DNA from: Nemertoderma westbladi
Taxonomy: Eukaryota > Animalia > Xenacoelomorpha
Assembly: GCA_032718475.1 (NCBI GenBank)
Contig: JAUCBJ010008501.1
Coordinates: forward strand, 1-64,000
Length of the DNA: 64,000 nucleotides
Direction: 5' to 3'
Position 1 is the stretch's first letter. The number at the start of each line of letters is the position of its first letter. Shown piece after piece: positions 49,365-61,900 of the stretch. Below the pieces are notes generated by a model. That model did not search any database. It saw only the letters and a list, made by a program, of their open reading frames with translations, and was not told the DNA's origin. A program made the position numbers and the translations under genes.

Positions 49365-50013
49365 GTCAGCCTTCAGTGTTACACGGTTGCTACTGTGCTA
49401 TGTTATGTGCTAGGCCTTTGGTGTAGTACGGTAGTAGGCCTTGGGCTACGGAAGCCCATTACAGCCACCTTCGCGGACCTCTTGACAAACTGGGGAAACC
49501 AGCAAAAGTGCGCCGTTGTCTGGTTGTCAAATATTCTGTCAACGGTGCGCATTCTGCCAACGGCGCGCGTTCTGCCAACGGCGCGCGTCCTACCAATCAG
49601 CCAATGCTGCAATGGCGCGCGTTTTGCCAACGGCGAGCCCGAGCCCTGTTGTCAGATTGTAAAATATTTTGTCAACGGCGCGCACTCTGACAACCAACAG
49701 ACCAGGTTGGAATTCATGCATGAGCGCGCAGGTACGCTTTGTTGTTTTGAAATCACCGCGCACCTGAAATTGGCTCGTCGCGCACCTCATCATAATCCAA
49801 ACAAAATCGCGCAGCTCATGCCGTGCATATCTCAAAAAATCGCACAGTTCATAAGAACAATTTTACATTCCTATTTTACAAGTTTGAACGTGTTAAGCTT
49901 ATCTTTACGTCTGTCTGTCTGTACATTGAATCTAGGCTTACATAATAAATGTAATTTTTGCAACATCAAAATTGTTAATATTAAAAAATATTTTTTTAAT
50001 CCACTACTATGGC

Positions 50014-52957
50014 CCCTATTGAAAAGTTTTATTTTCTGCGCCGAACGCGGCGCCGGGTGCCAAAAATCCTGCGCCGGCTCTGAGCAAAACCACACCGCGT
50101 GCAAAAAATCCTGCGCCGGCTCTGTGCAAAACCACGCCGAGTGCAAAAAATCCTGCGCCGGCTCTGTGCAAACCCACGCCCATGCCAGGTGCAAAAATCA
50201 TGTGCCGGCTCTGTGCAAACCCACGCCCATGCCAGGTGCAAAAATCCTGCGCCGGCTCTGTGCAATGCAAAATGCTGCACTAGGTGAAAAATCTTCCACC
50301 GGCTCTTCAAAGCCGCACCGGGCTGACTGGTATAAAACATAAAATCTGCCTGTTATACTGTACAGTACCTGTAGTTTATTCGGTTATCTATAATACTGCA
50401 GCTGCACTAATCCGAGTTGTTACTTAAACGAACGAAAGTTGTGGTTGGGTGAAACGAAAATAAGGATACAGAGACGGAAAACCTTAATAAAGACAAATGC
50501 AACAAGTACAGTAGGTACGTTGTTTTATTCCAAAAGTGTAACATTACGAAACAACTACTTAAGAAACACTGCATGTAAATTTTTGTTGTCAAGTAAAGTG
50601 TACATTTTTTGAAATTACTCAAATGTTACAATATGAATTATAGAAAGAATATTAAAGACTACTTCAGTAGGCCTAGTCCTTGTATTTATGTACTACGTTC
50701 TACTTTACTACAGTACTACGTACTGTGGTCCGGTATACGTCTATGCTACAGATACGGTATGTCTGAATGAATAATGACTAGCTGTATGTTATGTTATGTT
50801 ATTACAGGATTAATATCGCCAGAATAACAATATAATATAAATTTTTGCACATGTACGTACGTACACGTACAGTACAGTAGATTAAAATAAAATGAACACA
50901 TATCTGGCAAAGTACGCTAATAAGCGTATGTACTATTGTAATAAAAATACGGATAATGGTATTCAGGTAAAATTAGTAAAATATTTAAAATTATAGTTTA
51001 TTTACAGTACTTCCAGTACAGTTGGTGAATATTAATTATTAAAAAAATGAAATTACACTAAAATTAAATTAAAAACCGGCAAAGCATACTTACAGTAGGT
51101 TCAAGGGCTTCAACAACATACAGTACTAAAGGCAAACATATTAATAAGGACACGTTTACAATACTCTATAGGATACAACACAACAATACGTAATTATACG
51201 GAACATAAATTTGGTACCGTAGGTATGTCGCATAAGTAAAATATTACAGCTGAAATAAAACGTGCAAAGTAAAGTAACTACAAAAGATAGGAAAACAATT
51301 AAACATAAAAAAAACACTATTTTAAAATTTAACACAAAACAATATTTTTTGGGATTGAAAAAATGAAAATAATAGGTACTGTAGCTTGATTTTAATAAAG
51401 ATATCGTTCTATCCGAAAGATATCGCTTTCGCTACTGCCACTTGGCGCACAGGAGTATCAATATATATTCATTTTAAGGGACATTTCGCAGTCTAGTCTT
51501 TTTTTGAATATGCTCAATCATGGAGTACCAAGGGTATTACGTGCATTAACAACACTTTCCGGCAATGGTAAAGGATTCCAAATGTTTACAACGCTGTCTC
51601 CAAAAAGTTGTTGCGTGTTAGCATTGGTGGAGTTAGGAACGAAACTGGAAGAAATTACTTCGCTCAATTTTGTCAATCCCGTTGATAAACTTGTATGTTG
51701 TTATAAGGTCGGCTAGTACACGGCGATATATTAATGTCGGTAGTTTGATTACAAGTAGTCGGTTTTCATATGACAACTCAGCCAGCGATAGTACAACTGT
51801 ACAAGGCGAGTGACCACATGGTGTTGTACTTGTTCAAGACGTTCAATATATATCATGTCGGAGGAATGGCGAACAAACAACTGTGTCGTATTCAAGGAGA
51901 GGCCGCACAAGGGATTTGTACAACTGGGTCAGAGAGTAAACATCGGAGCTTCCAAATATGTAAAAGTTCTTCGTATTAAATGTACGACTCGCATGGCGCG
52001 GGCTGCAGTCTTTGTGCAGTGAGCTGTGATGCTGTGAAGGACAAGTCTGGTGTAAATGTAATTCCAAAATCACGTTCCTCGGTTGCCGATAAAAGTGTCC
52101 GTCCATTCATTGTGTAAAAAGTTGCTTGGGGATTTCTAGAACCTAGATTCATGCATGACCTTGCACTTGGAGTCATTGAACTGCAATTTCCAATGGTTAC
52201 ACTACACATGTGTGTCGGTAATAAATTGTTTCATTATCAATAGTGCCATATAGTATAAGTCGTTTTGTTTTATTCACTGTTCAACTTAATTCTGTCTGCC
52301 TGTTTATTATATGTCCCCTATGTGCAGATTTATTTATATGCTTCTATGACAGCGGTGTCTCTATCCAAATAATATAATATAATATAAATATAGCTTATAC
52401 AATACAGCAATATTATGTAAATAAATAAACTGACTATGACCAATAGCAATAATGTGAACTGTGATAGCCTACCTGCCTACTGCATAACAGCATAAGGTTA
52501 AATACGTAAATAAATGACCAGTTGCAGTCAGCCAGTGCTGCAGTGTGAGTTTCCTTTCTGCCTCCTGCATGGCCAGTTGTTATTGTGTTGCTGTGCTGTT
52601 GGTCTGGTCTGATGTTGGTCTGGTGCTAGGTTCGGCTGATTTCTGATTTTCTGCGCCAGGCAAATATGTACGCCGGGTGTGCTGGGTTGATTCCTGCTCC
52701 AGCGCCGGGCAGCCGGGTCAATTTCTGCAGCGTCGACCCCGGGAATATTTCGACGCCTGCTTCGCCGAGCACAGCATCTCTACCATTGGCAGTGCTCCGC
52801 CGGCTACGCCTGCGTAGCACATCTCTGCGCCGACCCTTCCGGCTCATTGCCCGGCGTAGCACATTTCTGCGCCAGGTCCCGGCTGCCCGGCGCAAGTTCT
52901 AGTGCTGCGCCGAACTGCCGAACGTGCTCGGCGTACATGTAAAACTTTTCAATAGGG
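50014..52957. mobile_element. Unclassified TIR element with CCC termini and 8-bp TSD
   Basis: TIR CCCTATTGAAAAGTTTTA ... TAAAACTTTTCAATAGGG; TSD ACTATGGC (50006-50013, 52958-52965); CTGCGCCGG subterminal arrays at both ends. Confidence 0.85.
51490..52210 (-). pseudogene. Decayed CR1/L2 LINE fragment
   Basis: EERDFGITF and LYKSLVRPLLEY motifs in short frameshifted ORFs. Confidence 0.8.
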
Positions 52958-54245
52958 ACTATGGCGGCCCATCGGGCTCACTGCTTTTATAACAGAAAAT
53001 ATTATTTTAGATTACAAACAAAACATGCAATTTCAAAAAAACGAGTAGGCCTATTGAAATAGGTACCAGTCTGCCAGTAGGCCTAATACTTTGTATAGGC
53101 CTACCTAACAACAGAACAATTAGGCTTAAACATACAGTTGGCTTATAATTAAGTCATACTTATAATAGAATTAATACATTGTTACTTTGTGACTTTACCT
53201 GTTTACTAACGTAACATCGGCATAGCATAGACCTAATAACAATACAACAATAGAGTAGGCCTACTGTAATTAAAATAAATAGACAAATTCAGCTCTGGTT
53301 GCCGGTATTACAGTATTATGGTGAAGTGATTTGACTGTTTGAAGAATTGTAAATGAGAAACTAATGCGAGCGAAGCGAGCGAAATTTTTTTTGTGTATTT
53401 TCGTGATTTCAATTAATTTGTGGTGCGCATCAGAGGCAGAGCTGCGCGCTGAGGCGCAACGCGCACCTGTCTCACCCGAACGCGCACCTGTCTCACCCAA
53501 ACGCGCAACGCGCATCTGGCACTGGTTTGCGGTCATTCGCGCAGGTACGCGTCTGAGTTTTGCAGCATGAATTCCAACCTGGCCAACAGACCAAGCGACC
53601 TGCTGACATCGAAATGCCTATTCAACACGCAGTATTGGTACTGTGTTTACTTTCTGTACTTGTCTGCTTGTCAGCCTGACAGTTGTTAGGGGTATACCTG
53701 TATACTGTGGTAAACCAATCACCGATCAAGATCACCTGATAACCTACTGTCAACCTGAGAAACGTGTGGCTAAGTCACACGAATAGTTCCCAAAAGGCAC
53801 TTCGGCATTTTGGCATTTTTTCCAGGTACCGGTACCTAAATAATTGCAACCAGCGTAAATGCCAGAGTGCTTTTGGGGAACTGTAGTATAAATCCTTTAA
53901 TGAATGGGAGAATCTTTTAGGCTCGTTAACCCAAGGAATGCCTGTTCACCACCATGGGCAGATGGGTGATCTTCCACAGTAAACCCTTCCACTCCCGGGT
54001 TTATCCTTAAAAGGATAAATCCTTTAAGAGTTCCCTAAAGGCACTTTGGCATTCTGGCATTTAATTGTAAATCATTATTAGTGATTGTATTAGCGCGCGC
54101 CATTGACAGAATATTTGACAATTGGTGACAGGATTAGGCCTAGCGCTTAGGCCTATATCAGTAGCCTATATCTGTTTAAACATTATCTTATTATTTGCTC
54201 CTCGAACCGGGACAATCTGAATGACAACAATCAGACAGTCAGACA

Positions 54246-55212
54246 ATGGAACGGTTTACTTGTGAGTCGGACAACGCATTGGTAATTACCAAATCTATTT
54301 TCGCGAACATCTGTTCAGGAAATGACACGTTTGTGCGGACGTTTCTTGAAGAATACTTGGAAGTAAACTCGTATTTTCTGGATGATTATGTTGTTAAGAA
54401 TTGTACGGCTGGTCGCATTACTGAGTGGCTGCAGAGTTCACTCTCCTGTCCCTCTAACAGTCTAACAAACAACGCCGCCATCACCTCGGCTTTTCCCCAA
54501 TACATAACTCAATCACCGACCACAGTCCCGACTACCGGTTACCGCGAGACCAGTCTGCCACTGCGGCAAAGCCCGTTGAGGACATCGGCGACCATAAATG
54601 GCGGTACTAGGTTCCGCCACAATTACAATCCTGCGACCGGAATGGGTTCTTTCCACCCGAAATCTCGAAACTCTAATCAACGCAACCCACCTACCGAACC
54701 CTCATCTATGCACCCTGTGGTGAGGTTACCATATCTCAAGCTCAACCAGGCAGACGACCTCCCGGGAGAACAAAGACAAATGAACCCCAAACCTAAACCC
54801 ATCGAATCTGAATCAACTACTACAGCCAGTTCAACTTTATTATCTTATAATAACAACATATCGTATACACCTGCAGTAACCACAACCGACTCAAACCATT
54901 ATTATACACAACCTCTAACAGACCCGTCAGATGCTCCGGAAATCATATTCATTAAGACGGAAGACGAACTGGAATATAAACCCGTAGTAGGTGAGGTTGG
55001 AGATGGCTTGAATGAGTTGTACTTCGATATAAATAGACCACATGGAATCCATACAGACACATCGACCCCCCACGCCCACACCACCCAGGGTCTCTCCCCA
55101 CTCACCAACTACTTAACCCCCATCTCTACTCAGCCTCTAGGCGACTTCGATTTAGACCTTCCCAACACCTACAATCTCCCATTAAGACCCAAATCAACAG
55201 TTTCCGGTATCG
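54246..55212 (+). CDS. Probable first coding exon of an unknown, transcription-factor-like gene
   Basis: ATG at 54246, 322 uninterrupted codons of non-repetitive sequence, donor G|GTGAGT at 55212/55213; S/T/P-rich region with IKTE and PVVRL motifs; downstream exons not seen. Confidence 0.55.
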
Positions 55213-55249
55213 GTGAGTTACTATATGTTAGATTAAACAACATTTAGTC

Positions 55250-55503
55250 CGTATTGCCTGCAAAGGAAAACTTACGTACAAATGAAACACCATAGTGGAT
55301 GACAAAACTAAAGCTAAAATATTTGCTGAGGACCTGAGGTGCTTGGTGAAAATTGTAACAATGACAATAGCAATACGGTCGTTTTTTTGCGATGAATGTA
55401 CTTCCTTGTCTACTGCAGATTTTTCACCTGTTAGGGTTCTTAATGTTTTAAACAAAATTCCTGCCAAGAAAAGTAGGACACCCGACAACTTGCCGAGTAT
55501 TAT
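55250..55503 (+). pseudogene. LINE ORF2 pre-RT fragment
   Basis: DDKTKAKIF...FSPVRVLNVLNKIPAKKSRTPDNLP resembles the KA..F / V...L..L....S.GPD.IP region of CR1/L2 ORF2. Confidence 0.55.
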
Positions 55504-55699
55504 ATGTGTGAGTGGGTGGGTGTGTGTGTGAGTATGTATATGGGGCGAGCCATAGAGTAAGTATATATGTTTATATTCATATGAGTGTGTGTTGGGGTGT
55601 CAGTACATAGCCATGTAGTAAGTAAATATTATGATTGTATTACGTGCTAAAGTATAGCTAATTGAGATAGTGTAGGAGTGTCAGAGCAGAACAGTGCAT

Positions 55700-55978
55700 G
55701 GTAGCGGTCGATACACGTGTATGTGGTGAGAAGCTTAGTGTGGACTGTAATATTACCCCCAACTATTCATATTTGTTTTCAATTTTGACGTTGTTCCCCA
55801 TGTAAGTAAATCTGTCGGTATGTCCTAGTCGCCCCCTTTTCTGAATTTGACCACTTTCGTTTTCTTTAAATTGACTACCATCCGGTTGGTTTCGCACCAT
55901 ATGTACAACGTTAAAACCGTGTTGTGGCCGAGTTTGCATATAAGACATGGTCATCTGCGTAAAATATTATTTTGAGAT
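55700..55978 (-). pseudogene. Decayed LINE reverse transcriptase fragment
   Basis: Minus strand IIFYADDHVLYANS, then NLKKTKVVKFRKG / GRLGHTDRFTYMGNNVKIENKYE*LGVILQSTLSF, similar to the 8096-8845 LINE. Confidence 0.8.
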
Positions 55979-58900
55979 CTAATAGTTGTTTCTTTGCGAC
56001 ATTCGGAGTTGAACCAAGGTTTACTGTGTTCCAACTCTTATCTACTATTGTGTGTAGAGAGATGTTTGCTAGTAGATTTCTCTAATAGTTGTTTCTTTGC
56101 GACATTCGGAGTTGAACCAAGGTTTACTGTGTTCCAGTTCTTGTCTACTATTATTGTGTGTAGAGAGATGTTTGCTAGTAGATTTCTTTAATAGTTGTTT
56201 CTTTGCGACATTCGGAGTTGAACCAAGGTTTACTGTGTTCCAGCTCTTGTCTACTATTGTGTGTTGTAGAGAGATGTTTGCTAGTAGATTTCTCTAATAG
56301 TTGTTTCTTTGCGACATTCGGAGTTGAACCAAGGTTTACTGTGTTCCAGCTCTTGTCTACTATTGTGTGTTGTAGAGAGATGTTTGCTAGTAGATTTCTC
56401 TAATAGTTGTTTCTTTGCGACATTCGGAGTTGAACCAAGGTTTACTGTGTTCCAGTTCTTGTCTACTATTATTGTGTGTAGAGAGATGTTTGCTAGTAGA
56501 TTTCTCTAATAGTTGTTTCTTTGCGACATTCGGAGTTGAACCAAGGTTTACTGTGTTCCAGCTCTTGTCTACTATTGTGTGTTGTAGAGAGATGTTTGCT
56601 AGTAGATTTCTCTAATAGTTGTTTCTTTGCGACATTCGGAGTTGAACCAAGGTTTACTGTGTTCCAGTTCTTGTCTACTATTATTGCATGTAGAGAGATG
56701 TTTGATAGTAGATTTCTCCAATAGTTGTTTCTTTGCGACATTCGGAGTTGAACCAAGGTTAACTATGTTCCAGCTCTTGTCTACTATTGTGTGTAGAGAG
56801 ATGTTTGCTAGTAGATTTCTCTAATTCTTGTTTCTTTGCGACATTCGGAGTTGAACAAAGGTTTACTGTGTTCCCGCTCTTGTCTACTATTGTGTGTAGA
56901 GAGATGTTTGCTAGTAGATTTCTCTAATAGTTGTTTCTTTGCGACATTCGGAGTTGAACAAAGGTTTACTGTGTTCCAGCTCTTGTCTACTATTGTGTGT
57001 TGTAGAGAGATGTTTGCTAGTAGATTTCTTCAATAGTTGTTTCTTTAAGACATTCGGAGTTGAACCAAGGTTTACTATGTTCCAGCTCTTGTCTACTATT
57101 GTGTGTTGTAGAGAGATGTTTGCAAGTAGATTTCTCTAATAGTTGTTTATTTGCGACATTCGGAGTTGAACCAAGGTTTACTGTGTTCCAGCTCTTGTCT
57201 ACTATTGTGTGTTGTAGAGAGATGTTTGCTAGTAGATTTCTCTAATAGTTGTTTCTTTGCTACATTCGGAGTTGAACAAAGGTTTACTGTGTTCCAGCTC
57301 TTGTCTACTACTGTGTGTTGTAGAGAGATGTTTGCAAGTAGATTTCTCTAATAGTTGTTTATTTGCGACATTCGGAGTTGAACCAAGGTTTACTGTGTTC
57401 CAGCTCTTGTCTACTATTGTGTGTTGTAGAGAGATGTTTGCAAGTAGATTTCTCTAATAGTTGTTTATTTGCGACATTCGGAGTTGAACCAAGGTTTACT
57501 GTGTTCCAGCTCTTGTCTACTATTGTGTGTTGTAGAGAGACGTTTGCTAGTAGATTTCTCTAATAGTTGTTTCTTTGCGACTGTGTTCAAGCTCTTGTCT
57601 ACTATTGTGTGTTGTAGAGAGATGTTTGCTAGTAGATTTCTCTAATAGTTGTTTCTTTGCGACATTCGGAGTTGAACCAAGGTTTGCTGTGTTCCAGCTC
57701 TTGTCTACTATTGTGTGTTGTAGAGAGATGTTTGCTAGTAGATTTCTCTAATAGTTGTTTCTTTGCGACATTCGGAGTTGAACAAAGGTTTACTGTGTTC
57801 CAGCTCTTGTCTACTATTGTGTGTTGTAGAGAGATGTTTGCAAGTAGATTTCTCTAATAGTTGTTTATTTGCGACATTCGGAGTTGAACCAAGGTTTACT
57901 GTGTTCCAGCTCTTGTCTACTATTGTGTGTTGTAGAGAGATGTTTGCTAGTAGATTTCTCTAATAGTTGTTTCTTTGCGACATTCGGAGTTGAACCAAGG
58001 TTTACTGTGTTCCAGCTCTTGTCTACTATTGTGTGTTGTAGAGAGATGTTTGCTAGTAGATTTCTCTAATAGTTGTTTCTTTGCGACATTCGGAGTTGAA
58101 CCAAGGTTTACTGTGTTCCAGCTCTTGTCTACTATTGTGTGTTGTAGAGAGATGTTTGCTAGTAGATTTCTCTAATAGTTGTTTCTTTGCGACATTCGGA
58201 GTTGAACCAAGGTTTACTGTGTTCCAGCTCTTGTCTACTATTGTGTGTTGTAGAGAGATGTTTGCTAGTAGATTTCTCTAATAGTTGTTTCTTTGCGACA
58301 TTCGGAGTTGAACCAAGGTTTACTGTGTTCCAGCTCTTGTCTACTATTGTGTGTTGTAGAGAGATGTTTGCTAGTAGATTTCTCTAATAGTTGTTTCTTT
58401 GCGACATTCGGAGTTGAACCAAGGTTTACTGTGTTCTAGCTCTTGTCTACTATTGTGTGTTGTAGAGAGATGTTTGCTAGTAGATTTCTCTAATAGTTGT
58501 TTCTTTGCGACATTCGGAGTTGAACAAAGGTTTACTGTGTTCCAGCTCTTGTCTACTATTGTGTGTAGAGAGATGTTTGCTAGTAGATTTCTCTAATAGT
58601 TGTTTCTTTGCGACTTTCGGAGTTGAACCAAGGTTTACTGTGTTCCAGCTCTTGTCTACTATTGTGTGTTGTAGAGAGATGTTTGCTAGTAGATTTCTCT
58701 AATAGTTGTTTATTTGCGACATTCGGAGTTGAACCAAGGTTTACTGTGTTCCAGCTCTTGTCTACTATTGTGTGTTGTAGAGAGATGTTTGCTAGTAGAT
58801 TTCTCTAATAGTTGTTTATTTGCGACATTCGGAGTTGAACCAAGGTTTACTGTGTTCCAGCTCTTGTCTACTATTGTGTGTTGTAGAGAGATGTTTGCTA

Positions 58901-61900
58901 GTAGATTTCTCTAATAGTTGTTTCTTTGCGACATTCGGAGTTGAACCAAGGTTTACTGTGTTCCAGCTCTTGTCTACTATTGGTGTTGTAGAGAGATGTT
59001 TGCTAGTAGATTTCTCTAATAGTTGTTTCTTTGCGACATTCGGAGTTGAACCAAGGTTTACTGTGTTCCAGCTCTTGTCTACTATTGTGTGTTGTAGAGA
59101 GATGTTTGCTAGTAGATTTCTCTAATAGTTGTTTATTTGCGACATTCGGAGTTGAACCAAGGTTTACTGTGTTCCAGCTCTTGTCTACTATTGTGTGTTG
59201 TAGAGAGATGTTTGCTAGTAGATTTCTCTAATAGTTGTTTATTTGCGACATTCGGAGTTGAACCAAGGTTTACTGTGTTCCAGCTCTTGTCTACTATTGT
59301 GTGTTGTAGAGAGATGTTTGCTAGTAGATTTCTCTAATAGTTGTTTCTTTGCGACATTCGGAGTTGAACCAAGGTTTACTGTGTTCTAGCTCTTGTCTAC
59401 TATTGTGTGTTGTAGAGAGATGTTTGCTAGTAGATTTCTCTAATAGTTGTTTCTTTGCGACATTCGGAGTTGAACCAAGGTTTACTGTGTTCCAGCTCTT
59501 GTCTACTATCGTGTGTTGTAGAGAGATGTTTGCTAGTAGATTTCTCTAATAGTTGTTTCTTTGCGACTTTCGGAGTTGAACCAAGGTTTACTGTGTTCCA
59601 GCTCTTGTCTACTATTGTGTGTTGTAGAAAGATGTTTGGTAGTAGATTTCTCTAATAGTTGTTTATTTGCGACATTCGGAGTTGAACCAAGGTTTACTGT
59701 GTTCCAGCTCTTGTCTACTATTGTGTGTTGTAGAGAGATGTTTGCTAGTAGATTTCTCTAATAGTTGTTTCTTTGCGACATTCGGAGTTGAACCAAGGTT
59801 TACTGTGTTCCAGCTCTTGTCTACTATTGTGTGTTGTAGAGAGATGTTTGCTAGTAGATTTCTCTAATAGTTGTTTATTTGCGACATTCGGAGTTGAACC
59901 AAGGTTTACTGTGTTCCAGCTCTTGTCTACTATTGTGTGTTGTAGAGAGATGTTTGCTAGTAGATTTCTCTAATAGTTGTTTCTTTGCGACATTCGGAGT
60001 TGAACCAAGGTTTACTGTGTTCCAGCTCTTGTCTACTATTGTGTGTTGTAGAGAGATGTTTGCTAGTAGATTTCTCTAATAGTTGTTTCTTTGCGACATT
60101 CGGAGTTGAACAAAGGTTTACTGTGTTCCAGCTCTTGTCTACTATTGTGTGTAGAGAGATGTTTGCTAGTAGATTTCTCTAATAGTTGTTTATTTGCGAC
60201 ATTCGGAGTTGAACCAAGGTTTACTGTGTTCCAGCTCTTGTCTACTATTGTGTGTTGTAGAGAGATGTTTGCTAGTAGATTTCTCTAATAGTTGTTTATT
60301 TGCGACATTCGGAGTTGAACCAAGGTTTACTGTGTTCCAGCTCTTGTCTACTATTGTGTGTTGTAGAGAGATGTTTGCTAGTAGATTTCTCTAATAGTTG
60401 TTTCTTTGCGACATTCGGAGTTGAACCAAGGTTTACTGTGTTCCAGCTCTTGTCTACTATTGTGTGTTGTAGAGAGATGTTTGCTAGTAGATTTCTCTAA
60501 TAGTTGTTTCTTTGCGACATTCGGAGTTGAACCAAGGTTTACTGTGTTCCAGCTCTTGTCTACTATTGTGTGTTGTAGAGAGATGTTTGCTAGTAGATTT
60601 CTCTAATAGTTGTTTCTTTGCGACATTCGGAGTTGAACCAAGGTTTACTGTGTTCCAGCTCTTGTCTACTATTGTGTGTTGTAGAGAGATGTTTGCTAGT
60701 AGATTTCTCTAATAGTTGTTTATTTGCGACATTCGGAGTTGAACCAAGGTTTACTGTGTTCCAGCTCTTGTCTACTATTGTGTGTTGTAGAGAGATGTTT
60801 GCTAGTAGATTTCTCTAATAGTTGTTTATTTGCGACATTCGGAGTTGAACCAAGGTTTACTGTGTTCCAGCTCTTGTCTACTATTGTGTGTTGTAGAGAG
60901 ATGTTTGCTAGTAGATTTCTCTAATAGTTGTTTCTTTGCGACATTCGGAGTTGAACCAAGGTTTACTGTGTTCCAGCTCTTGTCTACTATTGTGTGTTGT
61001 AGAGAGATGTTTGCTAGTAGATTTCTCTAATAGTTGTTTATTTGCGACATTCGGAGTTGAACCAAGGTTTACTGTGTTCCAGCTCTTGTCTACTATTGTG
61101 TGTTGTAGAGAGATGTTTGCTAGTAGATTTCTCTAATAGTTGTTTCTTTGCGACATTCGGAGTTGAACCAAGGTTTACTGTGTTCCAGCTCTTGTCTACT
61201 ATTGTGTGTTGTAGAGAGATGTTTGCTAGTAGATTTCTCTAATAGTTGTTTCTTTGCGACATTCGGAGTTGAACCAAGGTTTACTGTGTTCCAGCTCTTG
61301 TCTACTATTGTGTGTTGTAGAGAGATGTTTGCTAGTAGATTTCTCTAATAGTTGTTTCTTTGCGACATTCGGAGTTGAACCAAGGTTTACTGTGTTCCAG
61401 CTCTTGTCTACTATTGTGTGTTGTAGAGAGATGTTTGCTAGTAGATTTCTCTAATAGTTGTTTCTTTGCGACATTCGGAGTTGAACCAAGGTTTACTGTG
61501 TTCCAGCTCTTGTCTACTATTGTGTGTTGTAGAGAGATGTTTGCTAGTAGATTTCTCTAATAGTTGTTTATTTGCGACATTCGGAGTTGAACCAAGGTTT
61601 ACTGTGTTCCAGCTCTTGTCTACTATTGTGTGTTGTAGAGAGATGTTTGCAAGTAGATTTCTCTAATAGTTGTTTATTTGCGACATTCGGAGTTGAACCA
61701 AGGTTTACTGTGTTCCAGCTCTTGTCTACTATTGTGTGTTGTAGAGAGATGTTTGCTAGTAGATTTCTCTAATAGTTGTTTCTTTGCGACATTCGGAGTT
61801 GAACAAAGGTTTACTGTGTTCCAGCTCTTGTCTACTATTGTGTGTTGTAGAGAGATGTTTGCAAGTAGATTTCTCTAATAGTTGTTTATTTGCGACATTC

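Larger units (their letters stand above)
49702..53582. mobile_element. TIR element with 8-bp TSD (hAT-like or unclassified) hosting a nested element
   Basis: TIR CCAGGTTGGAATTCATGC ... GCATGAATTCCAACCTGG; TSD CCAACAGA at 49694-49701 and 53583-53590. Confidence 0.85.

Noticed and set aside
49353-50342. 329-aa ORF
   Set aside because: It runs across the junctions of nested transposon ends and their subterminal repeats, with no recognisable domain
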